Assembly: GCA_964247055.1 (NCBI GenBank)
Contig: OZ176059.1
Span: forward strand, 3,224,001 to 3,288,000
Source: Paragordius varius
Taxonomy: Eukaryota > Animalia > Nematomorpha
Length of the DNA stretch: 64,000 nucleotides
Direction of reading: 5' to 3'
The notes under the pieces were generated by a model. That model was not told the DNA's origin and searched no databases. It saw nothing but the letters and a program-made list of their open reading frames with translations. This document shows positions 1 through 15,900 of the stretch, one piece after another; within the stretch, counting starts at the first letter, position 1, and each line of letters opens with the position of its first letter. Position numbers and translations under genes: made by a program.

Positions 1-1599
1 ACCAGAATTTGTAGTTAAATTTTAGGAAGAAAACTTGATTTTATTGGAATTAAAAATTAATTTTGTTAAGAACAATATTCATTTAAAATACAGTAAAAAC
101 TGGCATTCTACTGGAAAAATTTCTATTTTTTAGTAAAATTTTCAAAGAAACCTTCACATTTACTGATAATATCACATACTTTTCAAATCTTAAGTAATAA
201 ATTTTAGTTTATATCTAAAGATTTAGGAAAATATCTAAATTTTTACTGTAAAAATTGCGAATTTTTAAAATTCATACTCATTTCTTAAGTTTTGAAATAA
301 TTCTAAGCAAAAACTCCATTTTTTTTCTAAAAAAAACAGAATAAATTTTTTTTTATTAGAAATAACTCTGAATAAGTTTTTTCATCTTTTGAGAATTATA
401 AATAAATTTTGTTAATATAAAAATTCATTTTTAAATAAGAAAAATTAAAAATAAATTAATTCTGTAAGAAATGTTAATTTTTTAAGTTTTTACTCATTTT
501 CCTGAAAATTTTTATATTATTTAAAATAGAGAATCCTCTCGTCAAATATATAAAATCTAATTTTTATTTTAAAACTTTAGAAAAATAATAATAATTTCTG
601 AATATTAAGATTTTTTTTCATTAAATATAGCATTTTTTCTATATTATTTTTTTTAATTAATTAATTTGAATTAAAGTGCTAATTTATGTTAATTAACTAT
701 ATTTATATTAATTTTTAATTATATTTCTATTATTTTTTAAAAAAATTTAAAATCATTTTATTTTTTTTATTATTTATTATATATATATATATATAACATT
801 TCTCCCATATTGTCTAAAATATGACATTCCTTGAAAACATATAACTAATTACAGAATAGGAATTAATATTCTTTTCTTTCCTTATGAAATGTTTGGCTCA
901 TAGATTCCCAATATATTATATTTTTTATTTTTTTAGATAAAATTAATTTTTATTATACAATAATTTATCAATTTTTTAAAACAGCAAAATATTTATAAAT
1001 CTTTTACTTATTGTCTCCTCCACAATTCTGAGTTAATAATTTGAGTTAAATAATATTAATTAATGTTATTAAAATATAAATGTTAAAATTTGTTTTTTTT
1101 AAATTTAATTATTTTTTAGGGAAAATTTAAAGAAAAATTTTATTTATTGTAATTCTTGATAATTTATCAAATTTTATCATAAATATTTACAAAAAACTCA
1201 TATTTTTTTAGTGAAAAATCAGAAAAAAAACTCAAATTTTGTTGAAAAAACTGAAAATTCTTCAACTTTTAACTCATTTATTCATGAATTATTCAGTAAA
1301 ATCATCAAAAAGTGTCAAAAATTCCAATTTTTAACAAAAATATTCATAATTTTAGTGTAAATTGTCTCAAAAATTCTTCATTTTAGTCAAAAAAAGAATG
1401 AAAATCAAGAATATTCATCATTCTTCAACAATATTCTTCATTCTTCTTTAGTAGTAGCTTAACATTTTCTTCATTCATTCATTCAATCTTGTATATGTGT
1501 GTGTGTCTCAACTAGAATCAACAACAAAAACCTTCTTCTCTCTCTTCTCTTCTTCTTCTTCTTCTTCATTTATTAATAGTAAGTGAGTGAATAAGTGTC

Positions 1600-1657
1600 C
1601 ATCACACACACATCAAATGAGTGATGACGTCATCACTCATTTGATGTGTGTGTGATG
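1600..1657. repeat. Perfect 58-bp loopless palindrome, arm type A (unit 1; also units 2 and 11)
   Basis: CATCACACACACATCAAATGAGTGATGAC|GTCATCACTCATTTGATGTGTGTGTGATG; the 29-nt arms are exact reverse complements. Confidence 0.98.
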
Positions 1658-3901
1658 TTGTTGTTGTTACACTTCTCTCTCACACATCACTCTTGTTGTA
1701 GCTGTTGTTGTAGTTGTTGTTGGTGGTGTTGCACATCTCTCTCTCTCTCTCTCATTCTCTCTCATATATGTATGTGATGAAATGAGTGTCATTTGTTATT
1801 TTTGATATTATATATATGTATATATAAAGAATGAAAAATGTTATTTTTGAATGAAAAATTGTTATTTTTGAATGAAATATTTTATTTTTTGTTGATTTTT
1901 TGATATTTTTTGAATATTTTTTTTAATTTTATTCTTATTTTTGAGTATTTTTTTAATTATTTTTGTTGAAATTTGACATTTTTGATGATTTTTTGAGGAT
2001 TTGATGAATATTTTGTGGATATTTTAGTTACTTTTTCTAGTTTTTACTCATTTTTTAATCAAAATTCTCATTTTTAAGTAGGAATAATTTAGTTTTTATT
2101 CAAAAAATTCTAAATTTGAGTAATTTTTACTCATTTTTTCTTATTTTTACTCATTTTTTGAAGAATTTTTGCTAAATTTCAAGAATAAATTCAATTTTTT
2201 GTCAAAAATATTCAAAAAAAATGAATTTTAACGAGTAAAAGTGTTAATTTTTCAAGATTTTTTTCATTTTTTCAAGAATTTCATCAAAAATTCAACTAAA
2301 AATTGATGTTTTATTCAAAAAATAAGAAAAATTCATCTTTTTAATCAAAAATTAGAGAAAAAAAGTTCATTTTTCAGTTAAAAATCACAAATTTTACTCA
2401 AAAAACTCAAAATTCTCCAACTTTTCATTCATTTATTCATGAATTATGAGAAAAACAAGCTTAAAAGTGTCAAAATTACCAATTTTCAACAATATTATTC
2501 ATTATTTCTAGTAAAATTGTCTCAAAAATCTTCATTCTTAGTCAAAAACAGTATAAAAAACAAGAATTTTCATCATTTCTTCAACAATATTCATTATTCT
2601 TCTTTAGTAGTAGCTTAACATTTTCTTCATTCATTCATTCAATCTTGTATATGTGTGTGTGTCTCAACTAGAATCAACAACAAAAACCTTCTTCTCTCTC
2701 TTCTCTTCTTCTTCTTCTTCTTCATTTATTAATAGTAAGTGAGTGAATAAGTGTCCATCACACACACATCAAATGAGTGATGACGTCATCACTCATTTGA
2801 TGTGTGTGTGATGTTGTTGTTGTTACACTTCTCTCTCACACATCACTCTTGTTGTAGCTGTTGTTGTAGTTGTTGTTGGTGGTGTTGCACATCTCTCTCT
2901 CTCTCTCTCATTCTCTCTCATATATGTATGTGATGAAATGAGTGTCATTTGTTATTTTTGATATTATATATATGTATATATAAAGAATGAAAAATGTTAT
3001 TTTTGAATGAAAAATTGTTATTTTTGAATGAAATATTTTATTTTTTGTTGATTTTTTGATATTTTTTGAATATTTTTTTTAATTTTATTCTTATTTTTGA
3101 GTATTTTTTTAATTATTTTTGTTGAAATTTGACATTTTTGATGATTTTTTGAGGATTTGATGAATATTTTGTGGATATTTTAGTTACTTTTTCTAGTTTT
3201 TACTCATTTTTTAATCAAAATTCTCATTTTTAAGTAGGAATAATTTAGTTTTTATTCAAAAAATTCTAAATTTGAGTAATTTTTACTCATTTTTTCTTAT
3301 TTTTACTCATTTTTTGAAGAATTTTTGCTAAATTTCAAGAATAAATTCAATTTTTTGTCAAAAATATTCAAAAAAAATGAATTTTAACGAGTAAAAGTGT
3401 TAATTTTTCAAGATTTTTTTCATTTTTTCAAGAATTTCATCAAAAATTCAACTAAAAATTGATGTTTTATTCAAAAAATAAGAAAAATTCATCTTTTTAA
3501 TCAAAAATTAGAGAAAAAAAGTTCATTTTTCAGTTAAAAATCACAAATTTTACTCAAAAAACTCAAAATTCTCCAACTTTTCATTCATTTATTCATGAAT
3601 TATGAGAAAAACAAGCTTAAAAGTGTCAAAATTACCAATTTTCAACAATATTATTCATTATTTCTAGTAAAATTGTCTCAAAAATCTTCATTCTTAGTCA
3701 AAAACAGTATAAAAAACAAGAATTTTCATCATTTCTTCAACAATATTCATTATTCTTCTTTAGTAGTAGCTTAACATTTTCTTCATTCATTCATTCAATC
3801 TTGTATATGTGTGTGTGTCTCAACTAGAATCAACAACAAAAACCTTCTTCTCTCTCTTCTCTTCTTCTTCTTCTTCTTCATTAATAATAATATTCTTCTT
3901 C

Positions 3902-3959
3902 ACAACAACACTCACCACAAGAGTGATGACGTCATCACTCTTGTGGTGAGTGTTGTTGT
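3902..3959. repeat. Perfect 58-bp loopless palindrome, arm type B (unit 3; related arms in units 4, 5, 9, 10, 12, 14, 15)
   Basis: ACAACAACACTCACCACAAGAGTGATGAC|GTCATCACTCTTGTGGTGAGTGTTGTTGT. Confidence 0.97.
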
Positions 3960-6900
3960 TGTTACATCTCTCTCTCACCACTCACTCTCTCACACACACA
4001 TACTAGTAGTTGTTGTTGTAGTTGTTGCTGCACATCTCTCTCTCTCATTTATGTATGTGGATGAAATGAGTGTAGATTTGTTATTTTTGTTATTTTTGTT
4101 ATTATATATATATGTATATATATTATATATAGAGAAGAAGAATTGTTATTTTTGAATGAAAAATAGGACAATTTTAAGAATTTTTAAATGAAAAATTGTT
4201 ATTTTTTGTGAAATTTTGTTAATTTTTTTATTTTTTGAGTATTTTTTGATATTTTTTGAATATTTTTTTTTAATTTTTCAATTGTTTTTGTTATTTTTTA
4301 TTATTTTTTTGGTTTATAAATGACATTTTTGAACAATTTTTGAATTTTTTGTGGATATTTTACTTATTTTTTGACATTTTTTCTAGTTTTTATTCATTTT
4401 TTGATTAAATTTCTCAATTTTGAGTGAGAAATAATTGATTCTTATTCAAAAAATTCTGAATTTTTGTAATTTTCACTTGATTTTTGAAGAATTTTTACTA
4501 AATTTCAAGAATAAATTCAATTTTTTGTCAAAAATGTTCAAAAAAAATGATTTTTATTGGATAAAAGTGTTAATTTTTCAAGATTTTAATCATTTTTTCA
4601 AGAATTTTTGATTAATTTCAACTAAAAATTCATTTTTTATTCAAAAAATAAGAAATAATCATCTTTTTAATCAAAAATTAGAGAAAAAAATGAATTTTTC
4701 TAGAAAAAAACTCAATTTTTAATGAAAAATAATCAAAATTCTCCAACTTTTCATTCATTTATTCATAAATTATGAGAAAAATAACCTTAAAAAGTAATCA
4801 AAATATCATTTTTAAGTGTAATATTCATAAATATTCATCAAAATTGTCTCAAAATCTTCATTTTTATTCAAAAAATGATGAAAATCAAGAATGACACTTA
4901 TTTATTCAACAATATTCTTCATTCTTCTTCTAGTAGTAGTGTAACATTTTCATCATTCATTCATTTATTCATGTATGTATGTGTTTGTGTCAACAAGAAT
5001 CAACAACAAAACCTTCTTCTCTCTCAACTCTTCTCTTCTTCTTCTTCATCACTCACAACAACAACACTCACCACAAGAGTGATGACGTCATCACTCTTGT
5101 GGTGAGTGTTGTTGTAGTTACACATTCTCTCTCTCTCTCTCTCTCCACTCTCACACACATCACTCTTAATTGTTGTTGTTGTAGTTGTTGTTGTACATGG
5201 TGCACAATGTGTGTCTCTCTCTCTCTCTCTCATTTATGAATGTTGATGAAATGAGTGATGGTTTGTTATTTTTGTTTGTTATTTTTATTCTTATATATAT
5301 ATGTATATATAATATATAGAGAAGAAGAATTGTTATTTTTGAATGAAAAATAGGACAATTTTAAGAATTTTTAAATGAAAAATTGTTATTTTTTGTGAAA
5401 TTTTGTTAATTTTTTTATTTTTTGAGTATTTTTTGATATTTTTTGAATATTTTTTTTTAATTTTTCAATTGTTTTTGTTATTTTTTATTATTTTTTTGGT
5501 TTATAAATGACATTTTTGAACAATTTTTGAATTTTTTGTGGATATTTTACTTATTTTTTGACATTTTTTCTAGTTTTTATTCATTTTTTGATTAAATTTC
5601 TCAATTTTGAGTGAGAAATAATTGATTCTTATTCAAAAAATTCTGAATTTTTGTAATTTTCACTTGATTTTTGAAGAATTTTTACTAAATTTCAAGAATA
5701 AATTCAATTTTTTGTCAAAAATGTTCAAAAAAAATGATTTTTATTGGATAAAAGTGTTAATTTTTCAAGATTTTAATCATTTTTTCAAGAATTTTTGATT
5801 AATTTCAACTAAAAATTCATTTTTTATTCAAAAAATAAGAAATAATCATCTTTTTAATCAAAAATTAGAGAAAAAAATGAATTTTTCTAGAAAAAAACTC
5901 AATTTTTAATGAAAAATAATCAAAATTCTCCAACTTTTCATTCATTTATTCATAAATTATGAGAAAAATAACCTTAAAAAGTAATCAAAATATCATTTTT
6001 AAGTGTAATATTCATAAATATTCATCAAAATTGTCTCAAAATCTTCATTTTTATTCAAAAAATGATGAAAATCAAGAATGACACTTATTTATTCAACAAT
6101 ATTCTTCATTCTTCTTCTAGTAGTAGTGTAACATTTTCATCATTCATTCATTTATTCATGTATGTATGTGTTTGTGTCAACAAGAATCAACAACAAAACC
6201 TTCTTCTCTCTCAACTCTTCTCTTCTTCTTCTTCATCACTCACAACAACAACACTCACCACAAGAGTGATGACGTCATCACTCTTGTGGTGAGTGTTGTT
6301 GTAGTTACACATTCTCTCTCTCTCTCTCTCTCCACTCTCACACACATCACTCTTAATTGTTGTTGTTGTAGTTGTTGTTGTACATGGTGCACAATGTGTG
6401 TCTCTCTCTCTCTCTCTCATTTATGAATGTTGATGAAATGAGTGATGGTTTGTTATTTTTGTTTGTTATTTTTATTCTTATATATATATGTATATATAAT
6501 ATATAGAGAAGAAGAATTGTTATTTTTGAATGAAAAATAGGACAATTTTAAGAATTTTTAAATGAAAAATTGTTATTTTTTGTGAAATTTTGTTAATTTT
6601 TTTATTTTTTGAGTATTTTTTGATATTTTTTGAATATTTTTTTTTAATTTTTCAATTGTTTTTGTTATTTTTTATTATTTTTTTGGTTTATAAATGACAT
6701 TTTTGAACAATTTTTGAATTTTTTGTGGATATTTTACTTATTTTTTGACATTTTTTCTAGTTTTTATTCATTTTTTGATTAAATTTCTCAATTTTGAGTG
6801 AGAAATAATTGATTCTTATTCAAAAAATTCTGAATTTTTGTAATTTTCACTTGATTTTTGAAGAATTTTTACTAAATTTCAAGAATAAATTCAATTTTTT

Positions 6901-9900
6901 GTCAAAAATGTTCAAAAAAAATGATTTTTATTGGATAAAAGTGTTAATTTTTCAAGATTTTAATCATTTTTTCAAGAATTTTTGATTAATTTCAACTAAA
7001 AATTCATTTTTTATTCAAAAAATAAGAAATAATCATCTTTTTAATCAAAAATTAGAGAAAAAAATGAATTTTTCTAGAAAAAAACTCAATTTTTAATGAA
7101 AAATAATCAAAATTCTCCAACTTTTCATTCATTTATTCATAAATTATGAGAAAAATAACCTTAAAAAGTAATCAAAATATCATTTTTAAGTGTAATATTC
7201 ATAAATATTCATCAAAATTGTCTCAAAATCTTCATTTTTATTCAAAAAATGATGAAAATCAAGAATGACACTCATTTCTTCAACAATTTCTTCATCATTC
7301 TTCTTTAGTAGTAGTAGTGTAACATTTTCATCATTCATTCATTCAATCATGTATGTGTTTGTGTCATTAACAAGAATCAACAACAAAACCTTCTTCTCTC
7401 TCAACTCTTCTCTTCTTCTTCTTCTTCATCTAATAATAATAATATTCTTCTTCACAACAACACTCACAACAAGAGTGATGACGTCATCACTCTTGTTGTG
7501 AGTGTTGTTGTTGAACACTCATCTCTCTCTCTCTCACACACACTCTCACCACTCACACATCATTCTTGTTGTTGTAGTTGTTGTTGTTGGTGGTGGTGCA
7601 CATCTCTCTCTCTCTCTCTCACTCATTTATGTATGTGATGAAATGAGTGATGTTTGTTATTTTTATTTGATATATATGTATATGTATATAGAGAAGAAGA
7701 ATGAAAAATGTTATTTTTGAATGAAACATTGTTATTTTTGGTATAATATTGTTATTTTTGAATGAAATGTAGGATAATTTTAAGAATTTTTTTTATTTTT
7801 TGTTGAATTTTGTTATTTTTTAATCATTTTTTTAATTTTATTCATATTTTTGAATATTTTTTGTCATTTTTTTTTAATTTTTCAATTGTTTTTGTTATTT
7901 TTTATTATTTTTTTTGGTATATAAATGACATTTTTGATGATTATATGAATATTTTGTGGATATTTTAGTTGTTTTTTCTCATTTTCTCTAGTTTTTACTC
8001 ATTTTTTAATTAAATTTATTCATTTTTAAGTAGAAATAATGGATTTTTCATTTGAAAAAATTGATTTTTACACTAAAATTTGCAAATTTTTCTTATTTTT
8101 ACTCATTTTTTCTCACTTTTTTTGACAATTTTTGATAAATTTCAACTAAAAATTCATTTTTTATTCAAAAATATTCAAAAAAAATGAAATTTATTGAATA
8201 AAAGTGTTAATTTTTCAAGATTTTATTCATTTTTTCAAGAATTTTTGATAAATTTCAACTGAAAATTCATATTTTATTCAAAAAATGATGAAAAACAAGA
8301 ATAATCATCTATTCTACAACATTATTCTTCATCATTCTTCTTAGTAGTAGTAGTGTAACATTTTCAGCATTCATTCATTCAATCTTGTATGTATGTGTGT
8401 GTCAACAAGAATCAACAACAAAAACCTTCTTCTCTCTCATCTCTTCTCTTCTTCTTCTTCTTCATCTAATAATAATAATATTCTTCTTCAACAACACTCA
8501 CAACAAGAGTGATGACGTCATCACTCTTGTGGTGAGTGTTGTTGTTGTAGTTACACACTCACTCCACTCACTCACACACTACTAGTTGTTGTTGTTGTAG
8601 TTGTTGTTGGACTATGTGGGTGTGTCTCTCATTCTCACTCATTTATATATGTATGTGGATGAAATGAGTGTCATTTGTTATTTTTGTTTGTTATTTTTGT
8701 TATTATTATTATATATGTATATGTATATAGAGAAGAAGAATTGTTATTTTTCAATGAAACATTGTTATTTTTGAATGAAAATTTGTTATTTTTGATTATT
8801 TTTTGAATATTTTTAATTTTTTTGAATAATTTTGAGTATTTTTTAATTATTTTTGTTATTTTTTCATTAAAATTAATATTTTTGAAGAATATTTTGGTTT
8901 AAAAATGACATTTTTGATGATTTTATGAATATTTTTACTATATTTTGGATATTTTATATTAATTTTTTGTAATTTTTACTCATTTTTAATTAAAATTCTC
9001 AATTTTGAGTGAGAAATAATTCATTTTTATTCAAAAAATACTAAATTTTCACAAATTTCACTTATTTTTTCAAGAATTTCTAGTAAATTTTAAAAAAAAT
9101 TCAATTTTTATTCAAAAATATTCAAAAAAAATGAATTTTAGCGAGTAAAAGTGTTAATTTTTTAAGATTTTAATCATTTTTTCAACAATTTTTCATAAAT
9201 TCCAACTAAAAATTCATTTTTTTGTCAAAAATTAGAGAAAAGAATGAATTTTCATTCAAAAAACTAGAAAAAAACTCAAATTTTAATGAAAAAACTCTAA
9301 ATTTTTCAATTTTTAACTCAATTATTCATGAATTTTCACAAAAAAACCTTAAAAAGTATCAAAAATGTCAATTTTCAACAAAAATATTCATAATTTCATT
9401 AAGATTGTCCAAAATTGTTGAGTAAATCATCAAAAAAAGTGTCAAAATTGTCATCTAAACACAGAAATAATCTTGTTTTTCATTAAAATTGTCTAAAAAA
9501 TGTCACTTTCAAGTGTAATATTCATAAATATTCATCAAAATTGTCTCAAAATGCTTCATTTTCATTCAAAAAATGATGAAAAACAAGAATAACACTCATT
9601 TCTACAACAATATTCTTCATTCTTCTTCTAGTAGTAGTTGTGTAACATTTTCTTCATTCATTCATTCTATCTTGTATATGTGTGTGTGTCTCAACTAGAA
9701 TCAACAACAAAAACCTTCTTCTCTCTCTACTCTTCTCTTCTTCTTCTTCTACTCTAATAATAATAATATTCTTCTTCTACAACAACACACACAACAAGAG
9801 TGATGACGTCATCACTCTTGTTGTGTGTGTAGTTGTTGTTGTTACTCTCTCTCTCTCACACACATACAAGAGTAGTGATGATGTTGGTTGTTGTAGTTGT

Positions 9901-12900
9901 GGTTGTGTATCTCTCTCTCATTTATGTATGTGATGGAATGAGAGATGGTTTGTTATTTTTGTTTGTTAATTTTGTTATTATATATATGTATATATAATAT
10001 ATAGAGAAGAAGAATGAAGAATGTTATTTTTGAATGAAACATTGTTATTTAAGAATGATATATGATATTTTTGGTTGAATTTTGTTAATTTTTAATATTT
10101 TTTTGTTGAAAATGATGATTTTTTGATTAAAATTATTAATTTTAAACATTTTTTGAATTTTGTTCATATTTTTGATGAATATTTTGTGGATTTTTTAATT
10201 ATTTTTGTTGAAATTTGACATTTTTGAAGATTTTATCTTGTTTCTGATGTTAAAAATAATATTTTTTTTAATTTTTTTGAGAGAAATGACAATTTTAAAC
10301 AAGATTTATTCATTTTTTATTCAAAAAATACTCAATTTTTACAAATTTCACTTTTTTTTGAAGAATTTCTAGTAAATTTTAAGAAAAAATTCAATTTTTA
10401 CTCAAAAATATTCAAAAAAAATGATTTTTTATCAAAAAAAGTGTCAATTTTTGAAATTTTTATTCATTTTTGTGACAATTTTAGAGAAATTTCAACTAAA
10501 AATTCAATTTTTTGTCAAAAACTAGAGAAAAAAATGAATTTTTGTTCAAAAAAAGTGTCAATTTTTGAAATTTTTGTTCAATTTTGTAAGAATTTCTCAA
10601 AAATTTTAAGAAAAAACATCCTTTCTGTTCAAAAAAGAATGAAAAATACATTTTTTATTCAAAATTCATAGAAAAAATATTCAATTTTAGTTAAAAATTA
10701 GAAAAAAACTCAAAATTCTTCAAATTTTAACTCATTTATTCATGAATTTTGAGTAAAATCATCTAAAATTGTATCAAAATTGTTATTTTCAACAAAAATA
10801 TTAATAATTCTAGTAAAATTGTTTCAAAAATCTTCATTTTAGTCAAAAAACAGTATAAAAACAAGAATTTCTTCATTTCTTCAACAATATTCATCATTCT
10901 TCTTAGTAGTAGTAGTGTAACATTTTCATCATTCATTCATTCAATCATGTATGTATGTGTGTGCGTCAACAAGAATCAACAACAAAAACCTTCTTCTCTC
11001 TCTACTCTTCTTCTTCTTCTTCAACTAATAATAATAGTAAGTGAGTAAGTGTCACTCACAACAACAACACTCACCACAAGAGTGATGACGTCATCACTCT
11101 TGTGGTGAGTGTTGTTGTGTATACATCTCTCTCTCTCACACACATCATTCTTGTAGTTGTTGTTGTAGTTGTTGCTGCTACACATCTTTCTCTCTCAATT
11201 GTGTATATGAATGAGATATATGTATTTGTTATTTTTGTTATTTTTATTATTATATATATATGTATATGTATATAGAGAAGAAGAATGAAGAATGATATTT
11301 TTGAATGAAACATTGTTATTTTTTGTTGAATAATAGGAAAATTTTAAGAATATTTTTTGTTGAAATTGAATATTTTTTTTAATTTTTTGAATTTTTTTGA
11401 TTATTTTTTTTAATTTTTTAATTAATTTTGTTACTTTTTATCATTTTTTTGGTTTTTAAATGACATTTTTGAACAATTTTTGAAGATTTGATGAATATTT
11501 TAGTTATTTTTTGTCTTTTTTTTGTACTATTTACTCATTTTTTAATAAAAAATTCAATTTTGACGATGAATTATTCATTTTTTATTCAAAAAATTCTGAA
11601 TTTTTGTAATTTTCACTTATTTTTTGAAGAATTTCTGCTCAATTTCAAGAGAAAATTCAGTTTTGACTCAAAAATAATGAATTTTATTCAAAAAAAGTGT
11701 CAATTTCTCAAATTTTTGTTGAATTTTGTAAGAATTTCTCAAAAATTTCATGAAAAAACATCATTTTTGTTCAAAAAATAAGAAAAATTCATCTTTTTAA
11801 TCAAAAAATCAAGAAAAAAATTCAATTTTTACTGAAAAAACACAAAATTCTTCAACTTTTCATTCATTTATTCAAGAATTATTCAGTAAAATCATCAAAA
11901 AATGTCAAAATTTTCAATTTAAAACATAAATATTCATTAATTTTCATTAAAAATGTCAAAAATTCTTCATTTTTATCAAAAAAATTGTCAAAATTGTCAT
12001 TTTTAAGTGTAATATTCATTAATTTTTATTAAAATTGTCTTAAAAATGTCATTTTTAGTCAAAAAACAGTATAAAAATCAAGAATGACACTCATTTATTC
12101 AACATTTTCTTCATTATTCTTGTTTAGTAGTAGTAGTGTAACATTCTCTTCATTCATTCATTCATTCATGTATATATGTGTTTGTGTCAACAAGAATCAA
12201 CAACAAAAACCTTCTTCTCTCTCTACTCTTCTTCTTCTTCTTCAACTAATAATAATAGTAAGTGAGTAAGTGTCACTCACAACAACAACACTCACCACAA
12301 GAGTGATGACGTCATCACTCTTGTGGTGAGTGTTGTTGTGTATACATCTCTCTCTCTCACACACATCATTCTTGTAGTTGTTGTTGTAGTTGTTGCTGCT
12401 ACACATCTTTCTCTCTCAATTGTGTATATGAATGAGATATATGTATTTGTTATTTTTGTTATTTTTATTATTATATATATATGTATATGTATATAGAGAA
12501 GAAGAATGAAGAATGATATTTTTGAATGAAACATTGTTATTTTTTGTTGAATAATAGGACAATTTTAAGAATTTTGTTGAATTTTTTGAGTATTTTTTAA
12601 TATTTTTTGAGTATTTTTTGATTTTTTTTGTTTAATAAAGAATATTTTTGTTGCAAAATGTCAATTTTTTTGTTTAAATTTGACAATTTTGAGAGTTTTT
12701 ACTTATTTTTGAAGAATTTTTCGATACATTTTAGGAGAAAATAACATTTTTATTCATGATATTCAAAATAAAATTCATTTTTACAGTAAAAATTGCAAAT
12801 ATTCTATAATTTTTGCTTGTTTTTACTCATTTTTACTCATTTTTTCTAGAATTATTGAATAATCACATGAAAATTGTCAATTTTTACTCAAAAATATTCA

Positions 12901-15900
12901 AAAAATTGATTTTTTCATCAAAAAAAGTGTTAATTTTTGAAATTTTTGTTCAATTTTGCAACAGTTTTTGATAAATTTCAACCAAAATTTCACTTTTTTG
13001 TCAAAAATTTAAGAAAAAATTCATTTTTTCAGTGAAAAATTAGAAAAAAAACTCAATTTTAGATGAAAAAAATCAAAATTCTTCAAAAATCAGTCATTTA
13101 TTCATTAATTTTTACTAGAATAAGCTTAAAAAGTATCAAATTTGTCAGTATTCAACCTAAATATTCATAATTTTCATTAAAAATGTCAAAAAATCTTCAT
13201 TTTTATCTAAAAAATTGTCAAAATTGTCATTTTCAACCATATTATTCATTAATTTTTATTAAAATTGTCTTAAAAATGTCATTTTTAGTCAAAAAACAGT
13301 ATAAAAATCAAGAGTATTCATCATTCTTCAACAATATTCATCATTCTTCTTTAGTAGTAGTAGTGAGTAACATTTTCATCATTCATTCATTCAATCATGT
13401 ATGTATGTGTGTGTGTCTCAACAAGAATCAACAACAAAAACCTTCTTCTCTCTCTCTCATCTCTTCTCTTCTTCTTCTTCTTCATCTAATAATAATAATA
13501 ATATTCTTCTTCTTCATTAATTAACAAGTGAGTGAATAAGTGTCCATCACACACACATCAAATGAGTGATGACGTCATCACTCATTTGATGTGTGTGTGA
13601 TGTTGGTGTGTTACACTCTCTCTCACACACACTACTAGTTGTAGTTGTTGTTGGTTGTTGTTGGACTATGTGGGTGTGTTTCTCTCATTCTCTCTCTCAT
13701 TTATGTATGTGGATGAAATGAGTGTAGATGTGTTATATTTATTTGTTATTTTTGTTATTATATATATGTATATGTATAAATAAAGAAGAGTGAAGAATGT
13801 TATTTTTGAATGAAAAATAGGATAATTTTAGGATTATTTTTTTATTTTTTAATAATTTATCTTTAATTTTGTTATTTTTTACTAATATTTTTGAGTATTT
13901 TTTGAATTTTTGAATTATTTTTGTTGAAATTTTTGACATTTTTGAAGATTTATTCTTGTTTTTAATCTTAAAAATGATATTTTTCTTGATTTTTTCAAGA
14001 ATTGATGAATATTTTGTGGATATTTTAGTTATTTTTTCTAGTTTTATCTCATTTTTAATTAAATTTCTCAATTTTGAGTAAGAATTAATTAATTTTTATT
14101 CAAAAAATTCTAGATTTTTGTAATTTTTGTTTATTTTTGAAGAATTTTTGCTAAATTTCAAGAATTAATTCAATTTTTATTCAAAAATAATGAATTTTAT
14201 TGAGTAAAAGTGTTAATTTTTCAAATTTTTATTAATTTTTTCAAGAATTATTGATAAATTTCAACAAAAAATTCATATTTTAGTCAAAAAAGTGAGAAAA
14301 ATTCAGTTTCTTGGTCAAAAATTAGAGAAAAAAATCATTTTTATTGAAAAAAAAATTAAAAAAACTAAATTTTAAGTGAAAAAACTCAAAATTCTTCAAC
14401 TTTTCACTCATTTTTCAAGAATTAATCATAAAAATTAACAAAAAAACTCAATTTTTACTAAGAAAATCTCAAAATTCTTCAATTTTTAACTCAATTATTC
14501 ATGAATTTTTGAGTAAAATCAACAAAAAGTGTCAAAATTGTCAATTTAACACAGAAATAATCTTGTTTATCATTAGAATTGTCTCAAAAATGTCATTTTT
14601 AACTATATTATTCATTAATTTTCATTAAAAATCCTCAAAATTCTTCATTTCATTCAAAAAATAGTATAAAAAACAAGAATATTCATCATTTCTACAACAA
14701 TATTCATCATTCTTCTTTAGTAGTAGTGAGTAACATTTTCATCATTCATTCATTCAATCATGTATGTGTGTTTGTGTCTCAACAAGAATCAACAACAAAA
14801 ACCTTCTTCTCTCTCTCTCTCTTCTTCTTCTTCTTCTTCTACTCTTCTAATAATAATATTCTTCTTCTTCAACAACACTCACCACAAGAGTGATGACGTC
14901 ATCACTCTTGTGGTGAGTGTTGTTGTAGTTACACACTCACTCTCTCACACACATCATTCTTGTAGTTGTTGTTGTTGGTGGTGGTGGTGGTGCACATCTC
15001 TCTCTCTCTCTCTCTTTCTCTCATTCTCACTCATTTATATATGTATGTGGATGAAATGAGTGATGTTTGTTATTTTTGATTTGTTATTTTTGTTATTATA
15101 TATATATATGTATATAGAGAAGAAGAATGAAGAATGTTATTTTTGAATGAAAAATGATATATTTTTGTGTAATATTGTTATTTTTTAATATTTTTGAGTA
15201 TTTTTTATTAATTTTTAATATTTTTTTAATTGTTTCTGAGTATTTTTTGATTTTTTAAAATATATTTTACTAATAAATCTCAATTTTTTTGTTGAGAAAT
15301 GACAATTTTACACAGTTTTTACTTATTTTTTAACAATTTTTCCATACATTATAGTTGGAAGTGACATTTTTATGCATAAAATTCAATATAAAATTCATTT
15401 TTACAGTAAAAATTGCAATTTTTCACTTATTTTTGCTTGTTTTTACTCATTTTTACTCATTTTTTCAAGAATTTTTGAATAAAAACATGAAAATTGTCAA
15501 TTTTTACTCAAAAATATTCAAAAAATTGATTTTTTCATCAAAAAAAGTGTCAATTTTTGAAATTTTTGTTGAATTTTGTAAGAATTTCTCAAAAATTTCA
15601 AGAAAAAACATCATTTTTGTTCAAAAAATAAGAAAATTCATCTCTTTAATCAAAAAACTAGAAAAAAAATTCAATTTTTACTGAAAAAACACAAAATTCT
15701 TCAACTTTTCATTCATTTATTCAAGAATTATTCAGTAAAATCATCAAAAAATGTCAAAATTTCCAATTTAAAACATAAATATTCATAAATTAAATGTTCA
15801 AAAAATTCTTATTTTTATTCAAAAAACTAGAAAAAAAACTCAATTTTTACTCAAAAAACTGAAAAATCTTCAAAAATCAGTCAATTATTCATGAATTATT

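Noticed and set aside
1-1200. Possible gene or exon in the window start
   Set aside because: No ORF or recognisable motif; it partly resembles decayed array spacer.
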